A stretch of DNA of 63,273 nucleotides, filler included, from Stramenopiles sp. TOSAG23-6 (lineage: Eukaryota), in NCBI GenBank assembly GCA_900128565.1. It is 11 parts of 11 records of this genome, joined end to end, with 100 filler letters (N's around TTAATTAATTAA, not from the genome) between each part and the next. Parts side by side here need not be neighbours in the genome. Positions count along the whole stretch, not along the records: positions 8,467 to 16,748 come from LT636461.1; positions 16,849 to 25,117 come from LT636462.1; 9 more parts are not named here. One strand, written 5' to 3'. A model generated the notes under the pieces. It had not been told where the DNA came from, did not search any database, and saw only the letters and a list, made by a program, of their open reading frames with translations. The translations under genes and the position numbers were made by a program. Positions within the stretch are counted from its first letter, which is position 1; each line of letters begins with the position of its first letter. Below are positions 10,219 to 23,252 of the stretch, one piece after another.

Positions 10219-13200
10219 TTATCGAATTGTTTGTTTTTTTAATGCCTCTTTATATTGGAACTCGCGTGCATTCAGTGCTGGAGCTAATGTACGTACAAAC
10301 GTGGTTGACGTTGAACCCAATTTTCTTTTTGATTTTTTATCTTTTACTTCAGAATCGGCTGAATTTGGATTCTTCTTGAAGGTGTTATTTACTGCAATTG
10401 TTGTTCCAAACTTTCTTTTTGATGGAAGAAGAGGTTCTGATATTTTGTTGTTGACTAATTTTTTGGTACGATTTTTTTCTCTACGACGATGAAGCATAGC
10501 TTCCCGGACTGAGATCTTTGATTTATCTTTATCTTTGGTTTGAACAGAAGCTTCACTATTCTTTACGCAAATATTGACATCATCAGTTTTTAAATTTTCG
10601 ATTTCATTTACTTTCATACTTTCTTTTTCTTTTGCAAGTATATTTTCTAGACGGTGAATCAAATCATCTCTTCTACCACTGACAGTTCCACCTTTTTCTC
10701 GAAGTGCATCTTTCAACTTTGCACATGTATTGTAAAAAAAATTAAATTCGAAATTGGTTAGGTACAAATTTTCGTACGAAAAATAAATAAATTTGAAATT
10801 CATCATGAAAACGTACATGTCACAGATTTATCAGATTTATCAATACTTCCATCAGATAACCTTTTCAGATTTTGAATCCATTCATTAATACCATTACCAT
10901 CTTTCGTAGAAGGTATAGCTACGTGATTTCTAGTTTGATTATTATCGGAAAGAGATGATGTTCCTAATGAACTATGAAAATTTGATAGACCTTTTCTTTT
11001 TAAGCGACTTGCTAGATCGAGTGAGGTGTCGATATCAACATCCGATGAAGAAGAAAAGTCATCAGTGACATTTGCAGTGCTACCATATGCACCATGTGAA
11101 CTTCTTGTGCCCGCGCTTCCTCTTCTTCGTCTTCGAACTTTACCACCATCAAAGTCGCTGTCATCGTCACAAGCATCATCACCCGTTTCAGGATCATATT
11201 CACTTACATCACCTTCTATCTCACTCCAATCCATATCAGAACCAGAGTCATCCTCCAATTCTGAAAATGAATTTCTCTTTTCTTTTTGATCAGATGAACG
11301 ATTACGTACAGTAACTCTATTTGCGCGACCGAGAGAACCTGTAGATTTTGATGATAGCCTCGGTCTCTTACTAGGAATAGTGTCGTTTGATTGGCGGCGT
11401 TTTGATTGATTGGTTTTATCATCCTTATCAATATTTTCTAGATCCGATGTCTTACGTTTGTGCCCTCGTTTTCTTTTTTGTCTTATTTTGTAAATATTAC
11501 GCATTTTTCTCTGTAATATGAGCTTTGCTCTTTCCAATTTTCGTCTCTCGCGTTCGACGGCTCGTACTCGCGACGCTTCTTCTAGATCTGCACTTACTGC
11601 ATTAACTTGAGCTGAAACTGCAGTTTGAAACAAAAACTTTAATGCTTGCTGAGTGTGACGTACAGTGCGACTCACTGGTCCCCAACGGGAAGACAACATC
11701 GCATTACTTTTGCGGTCATCGAGTTCTAGGATTTGAGATTGAAGACTAGTAATCTTTATCTGTAGACCTTCTTTAGCATCCCGCAATTTTTGCAAGCGTT
11801 CTGTAGCTTTTTTCTTTTCCTCCTGAGCTTGAGTAAACAATGCAGCTTCATCAAATTCAGAAGAAACATTATCTTTATTTGCATTAGTAAGATCTCGCGC
11901 TTTGCTCAATTCGATGCGGCGTTTGCCTAATGATAATTCAGCACGCTGCAAAGCACCTTGTGCCGACGCTATTTGCAATGAAATTTCTTTGCGTCTTTCA
12001 GTCGCAGCATTTAGTCTTGGACGAAGTTGCTTTCCAGCAACTTCAGCAGATAGCATTTTGGATAAGTGTTCTTGTACGCCATTTGGTCCAGAAATATTAA
12101 TTTTTCGTTTTGTATTTGCTTGTCTTTGTCGGGCTTGCTTTGCATTAACTTGCATTTCATGAACCTTTCGGAGACGTTTTCTCGTTGCTGCAGCTTCCGC
12201 GGTCTTTTGACGCAATGCTGCAGTATTCTTACTTTGTTGGCGTTCCAACTTTGCTACTTTGTGACTTTGCTCTCGACCTTGTTTTTGTAATTGTTTCAGC
12301 CGAGTTTCACGAGCCTTAGATTCTTCTCGATGACGTCGAGCAATTTCTTTCTGTTTACGAATGAGTTGAACACGCTGACGTTTCAATGCTTCAATTTGCT
12401 CTCGTGATTTTAAGGCTGATGCTGCCTCTTTTTCTTTACGTCGTAATAATTTTTGTTGTGTCTCAGCTTTATTTTTTACTGTTGTTAACTTCTTTTCGAG
12501 AGCCGCTAGCTGTTGCTTGTAACGACAACGAAGTTGTTTTTGCTTAACTTCTTGTTTATCAGACAACTTTGTGAGTTTTTCATGTAATTTTTTTTTTTGT
12601 TCTGTCAAAGTTGATACATCTTTTTGTAGTGATTTCATAGACGCAACAAGCGCTGCTCGAGTACGTTTTTCTTCAGCAGTTTTTTTAGTTTTATTATCTA
12701 AAGTTTGTTTACCCTTTGATGTGTTGCTGATAAAACCGGAATTGTTTGTTTTATTAATCTTTGCTGCTTCTTTTTGTTTTAGAGCAAGAGTTTCAGTGAG
12801 AACTTTCAACTGTTCAGCTATTGTTTTTTGTTCTTTTTCGTGTAATTCATTTGCTTTCCGACGTTCTTCGCGAGCATTTTCACTTTCTTCATTTTCATCG
12901 TATATAATATCTTCACATTCGCCATTTCCTTCGTTGCTTTTCATTTGGCCGATAGAATCTGGACCATTAAAATCTCCTCTATCAGAGCAAAATGATAACT
13001 TCCAACGAAGTAATTCGAGTTCGGCCTGCATTTCATCGATTTGTGCGGCCGTTTTATTCGTTTTGAATGTACCATTATTTTGTAAAAGATGCTTCAGTTC
13101 TGTATTTTCACGTTTTGCATCAGATAAAAGTGATGCTAGATTTTTATTTTCTTCTAAAGCTTGTGATAGAATATGTATTTTGGAAAAATATTTCACAAAA

Positions 13201-14575
13201 AAAAATCGTTAGGTACAAAATTTCGTACGAAAAATAAATCCGAAATTGAAAAAAAATAAAACATACATAATCACTTTCATCAGACGTTGAAGATCCTGTG
13301 ATTCCTTCTTTATTTCGTGCTCTTGTTTTCACTAATAGCCGCTGTAAAGTTTGTACCTGTGTCCGTAGACGCATTACCTCTGCTGACTCAGCATCGCAGT
13401 TTTGAACTGTTTTATTTTGAATATTTCGGGCACGATTAGCATATCGTAAACAATTAATCGTTTCATCAAAGTTACTGTCCGCAGGTGATATACATGCAAT
13501 CATAAGGGTACGACTATTACCTCCGAGTGAGGACTGTAAAAGTCTAGTGAGTTTAGAGTCTCTATACGGTACATGTATTTTGGGAAAATATGGTCACAAA
13601 AAAAAATCGTTAAATTTTCATAGCAAAAAAAAAGTAAATTTGAAATTGAAGTGAATGTTGAAAACAAACATGAACAGATTGGCGTTTCTTTTCATCACCA
13701 AGTACTGAAATAACATTGCCAAGTGCAAGAAGTCCTGAATTTATAGCAATTCCTTCATGGAGTCTTTTACCCTCGGCCCCAGTGCGTTTAGAACGTTCAC
13801 TCCCAGCAAGATCGACAAGCCGTAATGTAGATCTGCGATAACCAGTATCTCCACTACTATTACTTTCAGTAGTAGCAGCACATTCAATAGTGATATTGAA
13901 TACGGAATGACTACGAGAAGACTGTGCATTCATTTTAGTTCCACCTGTGGCTCTTGCCGTCGCTCCTTGACGAAGGCACGCAGCCATGTCTTGAAGTGTT
14001 GCAACTTTTTCTTCATGCAGACCTGCCACAAAAACAGTTCCAGTGGCGTCTTCTCGAAGTGCTAAAGAATCCCCGGTTGATTTAAGTAAATCGCGTACTT
14101 CATCTCTATATAGTTCTAAGTAAGAGCATGTCATTGTTATCAAAGGTGGTGATGATTCATCTTGTTTAGCGTTTTCCTCAGCAGCTCGAGAGTATAGATA
14201 TTCCATAACTCGAGGAATTACTCCAGCATCTTTACCCAAGGTTGCAGAATCATTTCTACCAGAAGATTCAAATGAAGTTCCCATTGTATGCGTTTTACCG
14301 GAACCAGTTTGACCATATGCAAATACAGTGGCATTGAAACCATCGAAGCAACCTGCGAGAATGGGTTTTACACATTGATCAAACACAGTTGCTTGGGTAG
14401 ACGTTTCAGGTAGTAACACATGGTCGAAAGTAAACTTTTTTTTAGCGCCCAGTAACAGAGCTGGTTCATTTGGAACTCCCTCTACACACAATTGTGCCCC
14501 TTCGGTGAGCTCATGTTCAAGAAGCGGGCGCACGCGCACAGCTACACGAACAGAAGCTTGATCCGACATTGTCAT
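10219..14575 (-). CDS. Kinesin-4 (chromokinesin/KIF4-like) with a C-terminal SAP domain; exons 14575-13670, 13572-13267, 13172-10817, 10724-10219
   Basis: [32 protein letters not shown] and [16 protein letters not shown]. Splicing restores [39 protein letters not shown]. Long coiled coil; SAP-like [28 protein letters not shown]. Confidence 0.92.
10725..10816 (-). other. Family non-canonical intron (GT..AT, 92 nt)
   Basis: acat|GTACGTTTT..AATACAT|gtgca; ACATGT direct repeat; restores the SAP domain. Confidence 0.85.
13173..13266 (-). other. Family non-canonical intron (GT..AT, 94 nt)
   Basis: tat|GTATGTTTT..CCAAAATACAT|att cta; joins two kinesin ORFs in frame. Confidence 0.88.
13573..13669 (-). 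other. Family non-canonical intron (GT..AT, 97 nt) inside the kinesin motor
   Basis: cat|GTTTGTTTT..CCCAAAATACAT|gta ccg tat aga gac restores the conserved HVPYRDS. No AG-ending register keeps this motif. Confidence 0.93.
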
Positions 14576-14626
14576 GTTTGAAGATATTTTCTTTTTGAAA
14601 GAAAAGAGAGATCTCTCTGGACCTTG

Positions 14627-14655
14627 GCGCCAAAGTTGCGTTTGGAATTTCCCGC
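14627..14655. promoter_or_regulatory. Two E2F-like sites (TTTGGCGC on minus, TTTCCCGC on plus) in the divergent intergenic region
   Basis: Both match TTTSSCGC and lie 50-80 nt upstream of the kinesin-4 ATG. Confidence 0.35.
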
Positions 14656-14940
14656 TGAAAGCAAAAACACGAAATAAACTTATATATTATATCCGCGAAT
14701 CGAATAATATGATAGCAAAATTTTGTTTGTGTGTCTTTTGACCAGTCAATTATACCAAAGAGAGGAAGAAACACTGTCTCGCCACTAAAACAGAGATAGT
14801 CTTACTCTTGTTGAACATTTTCGCTTTTGAATAATCTAATAACTTAATTGGTTTGGTATTCATTGATTACTTTTCAGGATTTATACCGATCTGGGTGTAC
14901 TACTTCAAATCCAAAAAGTTTCTCGTTACCTAGCCTTGGT

Positions 14941-16673
14941 ATGACGGTGGAAGATAATCCATGTGTGGTGTATGGAGCCCGTTCAGCTATCGTGGCGTTT
15001 TGGATCACGTTAAATTCAGAAGCTTCCAAAATAGACACCACGAAACTTCTCGAATTACTCGAAACTGAGGATATTGCTCCGGTCTTTGAACATTCATTTA
15101 GTTTGAAGGAAGTTTCTTTTGAAAGAAATGGTAAACAATTCACAAAGGTTTCGGGTTTCATACATTTTCAAGCGTTCAACCGTCTACAAGTCTGCCAAAC
15201 TGCTTTAGATATATTACCAGGTTTAGCAACTCTAATACATGGATGCGAAAGATTTGAAGTAGAATCGGTTTTCCCCAGTCGATCAGGCACTCGTGATAAG
15301 GAACCAATTCATACTATGGTCAGAAATATTCCAAAGAATGATCGCGAGGCAATGAAGAAATTGAAAAAGAGTATGGTGAAGCAAATTTTTCAAGTAGTTT
15401 TTGGCCCTAATTCGAATTCAATTGGGTACATGCTGAAACTTGCGTCATATATTGCAACACTTAATAATGATGATGTTTCTCTCATGTTGAAGTTGTATGA
15501 AAAAAAAAATACCTCGACTCGAATCAACGGATCAACTGACGAAAGTACGTTTACCTTCTTTTTATACCTTTTTTTTGTAACTAACAAACATGATGAATTT
15601 TGAATTTATTTTTTGCTATTATTTTTATATTTGTACCATACCCAAGCTAACTATTGTTTTTACTAAAAAAAATATTTTTCTCAAATATATGTTGCTGGAG
15701 AGAATTTGTTGGTAATTTCCTCTCATCCAGAGGTAATCTATTATTAGAAAAGGCAAGACAAGTTGATAGAAATGACACAATTAATGCATGTTTAATTTTT
15801 TTCAAATTCCGTTTTTTTTTGTAAGAAATTTTGTACCTAACGATTTGGTTTTGAAATATTTTTCCAAAATACATGCATTAGTAGGCGAAATTGTCAAACC
15901 AGCTGGATGCTCTACAGTTCGCGAGCAGTATATTGCCGGAGTGTTTGATGAACATACAGCCCTGTCTCATTATGGTGTGATGGTGTCTTGGCCTTGTTTC
16001 TGTTGTGAAACAAAGCAAAACAGTTCTGTACAAAATGATACATTTGAAGAAGGTCCATCTGCCAAGCGTCAGAAAACTGATGAAACTGATGATACATCGA
16101 TCAAAAAAGATGATACATCCATCAAAAAAGATAAAGGTTCTGTTACTAATGATGAAAATGGTAAATGTGAGGTTTGCAATCTTGTAGATAGTTTCGATAA
16201 TTTTGGTGAAAATATTAAAAACTTTTTCGAAAAAAAATTCTCTGCGTATAGAGTCAAAGTGAAAAATATTACAATGTGTTACAATAGTATGACAGCCATG
16301 GTGTATTTTGAGGATTGTACGTTTTCATCATGAATGTATTAATTTAATTTTTTTTATAGTTGATTTGTACCTAACAAAAATTAAAAAAAATATATCTCCA
16401 AACAATTTATGTTGTCCAGCATTTCAAAGGTTGAAAATTCGTGGTACTCCTGAATTTATATACACTCCTTCAGTAACTGCTCAAGCTGTCAGTCGTTTAG
16501 TACTTGTCGATCCAGAGATTATAGAGGAAAAACTTCACGATTGTATTACAAATTCGATAAAAAACAAAAAAAAGCAACCTGACGATGATGATGATGATGA
16601 TGATGAGATGAAACAAACGAAGTCAATCGATGTTGATGACCTTGGAATTGAGTTTGACACTAGTCGAATAGAT
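14941..16673 (+). CDS. Hypothetical protein, 3'-truncated; exons 14941-15544, 15691-15785, 15875-16316, 16411-16673
   Basis: Four segments form one open frame after removing family introns; no recognised domain; start codon uncertain. Confidence 0.6.
15545..15690 (+). other. Degenerate family intron (GT..AT, 146 nt)
   Basis: a|GTACGTTT..GCTAAC..CTCAAATATAT|gt tgc; in-frame join. Confidence 0.7.
15786..15874 (+). other. Family non-canonical intron (GC..AT, 89 nt)
   Basis: aat|GCATGTTT..AAAATACAT|gcatta; ATGCAT direct repeat. Confidence 0.8.
16317..16410 (+). other. Family non-canonical intron (GT..AT, 94 nt)
   Basis: t|GTACGTTTTCATCATG..TACCTAAC..CAATTTAT|gt tgt; in-frame join. Confidence 0.75.
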
Positions 16674-16892
16674 GTATGTTTTATTTTTTTTTCAAATTTG
16701 AATTTTTTTTTCGTACGAAATTTTGTACCTAACAATTTTTTTTTGAAANNNNNNNNNNNNNNNNNNNNNNNNNNNNNNNNNNNNNNNNNNNNTTAATTAA
16801 TTAANNNNNNNNNNNNNNNNNNNNNNNNNNNNNNNNNNNNNNNNNNNNTGTCATTTTCTTCTGTCTATATACATCTCTAATGGTTCTGAATA

Positions 16893-19116
16893 CGCGTCAA
16901 CAAACTTGTTACAGTTAGACCTCTTAATAGTCGATATAGTGGGGAAATTGGCGACGTTGTCATTGGTCGTATATCAGAAGTTGGTGCTAAACGTTGGAAG
17001 GTTGATGTGAATAGTTATCAAGACGCTGTTTTGATGTTATCGTCTGTAATTCTTCCTGGTGGTCAGCAAAGAAGGCGCACATATGAAGATCAGCTTCAAA
17101 TGCGTGACGTTTTCGTCGAAGGTGAACTTTTATCTGTACGTTACATGATATACAAAAATAACTACATGTCTCTAACATACGCGGTTTCATTTGCCAGAAG
17201 ATTTCATGTGGCTTTTGGTTATTTATTCCCGCTACAATGCTATCACGGTGATACAGTTTGTAACACGTGTCTAGCGGCACTCGTATTGGATCAATCAACG
17301 CCTTCTTATTTTTTATTGCACATGTCATGAATATCAAATCAGGGCACGTGGGATTACATCCATTGCAAATATGCTATAGGACCATCTGTATTTGTGTTTT
17401 TATTATTTTTATTTGTTTTCTTCTGTATCGGGATTACACCCAGCCGTGTTGCGACTGATCCTGTGCCGTACACCAACTCCGTAATCCTAAAGTATTGTGG
17501 TTCTTGTTTATACGCGGTTATATATTTTGTCCCCTGCATTGCCCTTACATACTATGTACTGCTGGCGATTCTTGTGGATAAATTATTTTAATTGCAAAGT
17601 ATAACAACCCTTTATGAATAATAGAATTTCACCCGTCGAACGGTGGAGTAAAGTATTTCGTGTTAAATAGAATGGATGATCGTTTGTATGATATGTTATT
17701 ATTATTTCAGACTTGATCTCCATTATATTAATGGCACAAATAATGGATACTTTTTTTTCTGTTAAACTACATATCCTTTACATCATATACTTTCATGGGT
17801 TACTCTTAACGAAGTGTCTTCTATTGTTGTTATCTAATTATTTCTACACGAAATAACTGGTGATAATAATCATGAGAAGTTCACATGAGATCAAACATAA
17901 CCCTATAATATTAACATTACACTACGTAGATGCTTCGGCTCCGAATGTAATATAAGTTAGTTCACATTGTATAATAATATTAGGTTGAAGTCCTCTGTTC
18001 CCATGACTATTTTACCTTCAATTTTATTGTTCTAGAATACATATAAATATTAACACCCTTGTAAAAATAGCTGCCTTAAAAGTTGGCTTGAATGTTTTTC
18101 GTACTATCAAGTCCGTTCCCGGTAGCAAGAATAACCCGTGAGATTACTTCTTTGAACGGAAGTGCTCCGTTGTGGTGTACTCGGCTATGTCCTTATCTGC
18201 TTCACCAAGATAAGTGTACGAACGAATAAAACAGAACGGCAAATCATGAATGTATGTTTTATTTTTTTTCAATTTCGAATTTATTTTTCGTACGAAATTT
18301 TGTAAATTTTGTACCTAACAAAAATTAATTTTTTTTTTGAAATATTTTTTCACAGTACATTGGTATTAGCAGAAGATTGTTCAGCAATGTTTGGATTTGA
18401 TCACTGTTTTTGCTTTAAGTGGTTTGCTTAATATTTATCATATCTTTTGCAGAAGAGAGATTGTTTATTTTGTATTGAGGTTTTCTTTAACATTCCTCAA
18501 AAGTAATTTTACGCAAAATACTCACATTATATTCTAGTTTGTATAATCCATCTTAACAAAATAGGCTGAAGTACAGAACTTTTTTGCTGATGGTGCTATA
18601 TCTCTACACACAAGATCATTAAAATATGGTAAATTAGAAAATGGCCAATTATTAACTGTCCCGACGTCTCTTATTAAACGATTGAAAAAACATAATGTAA
18701 AGTTGCCGGGTATTGATGTTCAAGTTACCATCGGTTGCAATGGTTATATTTGGATTACAAAAGTTAACAAATTAGATGCTAGTGGTGATGGAGGTGCTGG
18801 TGGAGGCGCAGCACATAGACGTATATTCACTGCGGAGGATACTGAAGCAGCAAGGAAAGAACATTCTGAGCTGATTATAGACCCTGAATGCAGAGTACGA
18901 ATATCGCGTGTCGCAAATGCTGTTACTGTATTGAGTCGTGGAATGGCAGAAATAAACATTTCAAGCTTGATGTGTGTATATACTGCATCGTTGAAATTTA
19001 ATATGGAACCTAAGAAAATGCTAGAAGGTAAAAACGTGAAAAAACTTCTTTTGCATGTGCATAACAACAGAGACCTCTCGATAATTGAAACTGGCGATAA
19101 AATGAATATTACGTGA
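16893..19116 (+). CDS. RRP4: Exosome complex component RRP4, 5'-truncated; exons 16893-17135 and 18565-19116
   Basis: RVNKLVTVRPLNSRYSGEIGDVVIGRI..RWKVDVN..LSSVILPGG..RRR..EGELLS|AEVQNFFADGAISLHTRSLKYGKL..IGCNGYIWI. Confidence 0.93.
17136..18564 (+). other. Canonical GT-AG intron, 1429 nt
   Basis: tct|GTACGT...CATCTTAACAAAATAG|gct gaa; the phase-0 join restores LSAEVQ. Confidence 0.88.
18252..18360 (+). mobile_element. Family element nested inside the canonical RRP4 intron
   Basis: aat|GTATGTTTTATTTTTTTTC..TTCGTACGAAATTTTG..TACCTAAC..CACAGTACAT|tg; the flanks are non-coding. Confidence 0.85.
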
Positions 19117-19499
19117 ATATTAAAAAAAAAGATGCAGCACATTTATATATGAAAATGTGCGTTTATAATGCAATAAATTACTGATCAACTATTTTGTTTA
19201 TTTTGTTTATTTTTATTTTGTGTTTTTTTCATTATAGAATTAGAACTAGGGTTTTTAGAATCAGAATGTAGGATCTATACCCACTATTGTTTATTTTAAA
19301 TTTCAAAGCAAAATTATATCTCTAAATATCATTCGAATCTTCGAACCTCCTTTTTGTCATGGCAAATTAGATTCCCGATAAATTTTGTGATAAAGCGTTA
19401 TTCAAGGTGAGTCATTTAAAATATTTTATTTTATCTCTCCAGTGTACAACAAATCAATTGATGTAATATAATCTATACACTTTACTAGTAAAATTGATC

Positions 19500-22400
19500 A
19501 TTAACATTAGATGAAGAATGGGAATTATAAATTGCTCATTCCAAACTTGTCCTGCAGATTTGGATTTAGTTTTACTTCAAAGGATAGCACCAATGTAAGG
19601 AAAAATCCTACTTATTCAATTACTTCCTTGTCTACTCATTTTTTAATCATGCCAGTTCTAGTTTCTTTTCCATCAGATGTTGTAACAACACCTCGTAATA
19701 TAATTTCGATGGAAGGATCTGACTTTACATTTTCATCTGAACTTGGTATTCATTTGCCCTTCAACAAGTTTATCACTAGCATGAAGGAAAACATGCACTC
19801 ATTTGGTCATGAGTAAAAAATATATTTTTATTTTTAAAACTTTCAATGTTTATGCTTTTATAATATACATTTTTGAATCTATCGTTACTGAATACTTGAA
19901 CAGTCACTTTTGTCCCATTTATCTCTAGTATTTCTATTCCCAAATCGATCGATCTACGAAAACGCCGCATTTGTTGCATGAATTTGTGGAGCACAGAGAT
20001 TTCATTTTACTTTATGTCATTTTCTTCTGTCTATATACATCTCTAATGGTTCTGAATACGCGTCGCGCTTACACGTAGCCTTTTTCGGCGAGCCCGAACT
20101 CTACCTAATCGACCACGAAATAACGATTGTATATTTACTGCGGCTTTCTCCACTTCGTGTGGATATGTAATTGATGCTAGTGATAAATACCCGTTCGGGT
20201 GTTGTATTATCCTCAACGAAGAGAGTGTTAGTGCAGCTAATGACTTGCGGTTCTTCGGATGTAGAATCTTAAAGTTCAAATCTAAGCCTTTCGCGGCAGA
20301 TTTCTTTGTATTATTTAGATTAGTTATTACGTTAGCATTACTAAATTTACTAGATACACTAGAATTAACAAAATTATCAGTACTTTCAACTCTATTGCTA
20401 TAATATAAAAATCGTGTTGGACTAATATTTTTTGCCAATAAAATCAGTCGTTCAGGACTCATTGGTAGTTCCATTATGCTTCCCGATTTAGGTTCGACAA
20501 CTGTCGCAGCTAACCACGCACCTTCTTTGGTTTTCTTGGTGATATTTTCACTATTGTCACTAATAAGCACGATACAATACATGCCTGAAATCATTGTTGC
20601 CTGTCGCAATAGTATATTACTTGCACCAGATCGTCCGTGTGGTATATCATTAATCTTTTGCTCTTGCGAGTCAGTAGACCCAGAAATCTCATTGAGGGAT
20701 ATAGCTTGGTCAAAAGTTTCTTTTAACATCATTTTGTTTCGAGTTCGACCAAATAGACTTCTAGATGTATTCTTAATTTTCTTCGAAAATATTAATCTAC
20801 TACCACTTTGATTCCATGATAAATGTTTTACTAAATTCACAAGACTACCACAATGCCAAGTCGGTTACTTTTGGAATTTACATATTTTCTGGTGTATCCG
20901 TATAAAGACCAATCTGCCGTTCAAAATAATTTCTGTCACTAGATTTGTACTTAAGCAAATTCTTCTAGTCATTGGGTGAGTTATACACAAGGCACGAATT
21001 TTCCTATTTTTCACAATTTTCCAGTGTAAACCAATAGCACTAAATAAGGCCGAGCTAGTCCATTTTCCATGTCCTTGATGACCTCCTGGTGTTTCAGCAT
21101 ACAAATGTAAAGTAGCCCCAGTGATTGAAGAAACAGCTTGAATATTAAATGCACCGCCATCAAATTTTACTTCGTTAGCAGTGCAGGGAATAACTAAAGG
21201 GCCAAGGGTTATATATCCTTCCCAAACTCGCATGCAAAAAGGTACACTATTAACCATTAATCGCTGTGAATTTACAGGAAACCGTATATTGCTTTCCAAT
21301 GTGTTTCTTGTATTTCCGTTATAAATATCCTCAACTATGAATACTCTGGAAACTACAATATATTGCATATAGCTATTTAAATTCATTTGTAATAAAAGAC
21401 TTCCTAAACTTTTACTATTTATATTTGTTTTTCTTTGGGAGGGCGAGGATGATAATGATGATGAATTACTACTAATTATTTTGTTTTTTTGAAGTTTCAA
21501 TTGAGCTAATAATTCATTTTCGTCCCTACATTCGCATATTCTAATTGCACGTTTTCTTGGAATATACAATCTATACATACATTGAGTCCTTATATTTACT
21601 GCTGTCACTTGTATTCCATTCTGTTTTGCAACACTTGCACTGATTAAGTATCCATTGTTGGTGCATCGACGAGGCTTCAGACTTTGACGTTTGCTTTTAC
21701 TTACTACAAGATAATCTATCTGTGTTGAATTATCTGTTGTTGTGTTTGTTCCGTGCCAATCCGCAGTAATCTGCTTCGATTTCATATATTGTCGATAATG
21801 CCATGTTCTGACTTGTCCTCTAGCAATTTCTTCTCTTTGTTTCAATAATTGATCCCTTTTCTTTTGTGCTTCAATTTTCTGAGAAAACTTGGCCATTTTA
21901 AGCTCCCGGTATTTTTCTGTTTGTTGAAATCTTTTAAGTTGGTCACCACTAGTATTTTGTGTGATAGAATCCGTCTGAAGACGACGAGATATAACTTTAA
22001 TCATTTTGTTTCTTCGGATGATTTCTTTGCTTATATCTTGCTTTTCCATTGTGAGTGTATTTAGTTTGTATTCTAACATTCTCATCTTTTTCCTACAATT
22101 TAGTTTTGTTGTTTTTACCTTATGCATACGTTTATTGAAACACATTTTACGCCATTTGATGTCAGCCTCATTCAATTTTGGATAATTTATACCACCATCT
22201 TTATTCTTGTTATTTCCGTCACCCATTGTGTTTATAAATTCTATACTTAAATTTTTGAAATTACTTAAGTCTAATTTAGTAATTTGTTTTTCACATTTAA
22301 TTATTCTACGTTTAAGATTTTCCAATCTACGCTTTGTTTCTCTAATTTTATCACAAACCTTGTCAAAATCAAACTTCGGAAATTGTGAATACTTATGAAT

Positions 22401-23252
22401 ACATGAATTTGAAGTTTCGTCATTGCTATTTCCAATTTTACCAGTTGAAATGGAGGTACTATTATTCTTATTATATTCAATACTAAGGGTATCATCAGTA
22501 TTAACCGAGTCACTACGCTTAGCAGGATGTAAAAATTTGAGCAATTTAGCGATACAAATGTGACCTTTTCTATTACACACCCTAGATAATAACCACTCTA
22601 TTTCAATTGGTAACATTCTGCATTTTCTCCTCCGAAGTATTTGTCTAAATCTTTTTGTATAAATTATATTTAAATGACTTTTACAGCTTGTAGAAAATAA
22701 AGTATGTGAAATAGTACCTTGATTATTGTATAGTGCTGATATGAGTTTAAATCTTACAATAGATGTCATATTAGAAATATGTCTTCCATGCAATTTCTCT
22801 TCTTCTATAATCAATAAAACACATTTTTTAATTCGTTTTTGATCAACATTATTAGCTCCTCTTCTCCACTGCGTACTATTTTTATTATCTTCTTTCATTT
22901 GGTGATCTAACCCTACATTTTGTATGAATGGATTGCGTAATAAAGTGACACCTAACCACGCAGTCAAATTTTTATCATGCTTGTTTATATAATCAAGGTC
23001 AGTAGGTATGCGAGTCAAGTAGTTACTCCCTTCATAAATATAAGGCAGGCCGTTTCCCCGCCTCCATTCAATTATTGACTCAACAACCTCCACTGTAGAG
23101 AGGCGCAACAGGTCCATTAGTGCAACTATTTTTCGCCATCGATTCATTTTAGCTTTAGATAGTTCACCTTCATTGGGACAACATACAAGAAACTGCAAAC
23201 GCTCAAGATACTCTTCGCGTAGTTTAGTCTTATTTGTTACAATCGTAGACAT
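19500..23252 (-). pseudogene. Large IQ-motif protein gene interrupted by in-frame stops (probable pseudogene or sequence errors)
   Basis: ORFs 23252-20865, 20840-20043 and 19994-19776 share one frame and are separated by TAA/TAG. IQ motif AAVNIQSLFRGRLGR; ankyrin-like remnant PNLQDKFG near 19550. Confidence 0.5.

Noticed and set aside
13573-13671. Classical U12 AT-AC minor introns
   Set aside because: An AT..AC register is possible in many copies, but the U12 donor ATATCCTT and branch TCCTTAAC are absent and the branch-to-end distance is too long. Several copies would start GG, AG or TT, or lack AC, in that register.
16849-16898. 50-bp direct repeat of 20015-20064 at the contig start
   Set aside because: It replaces the RRP4 5' end at a CGCGTC microhomology at a contig edge, so it is probably a chimeric read.
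19994-20870. Stop-codon reassignment
   Set aside because: Conserved genes here (kinesins, UCH37, PRP38, RRP4) have no internal stops, and genes end normally in TAA, TAG or TGA.
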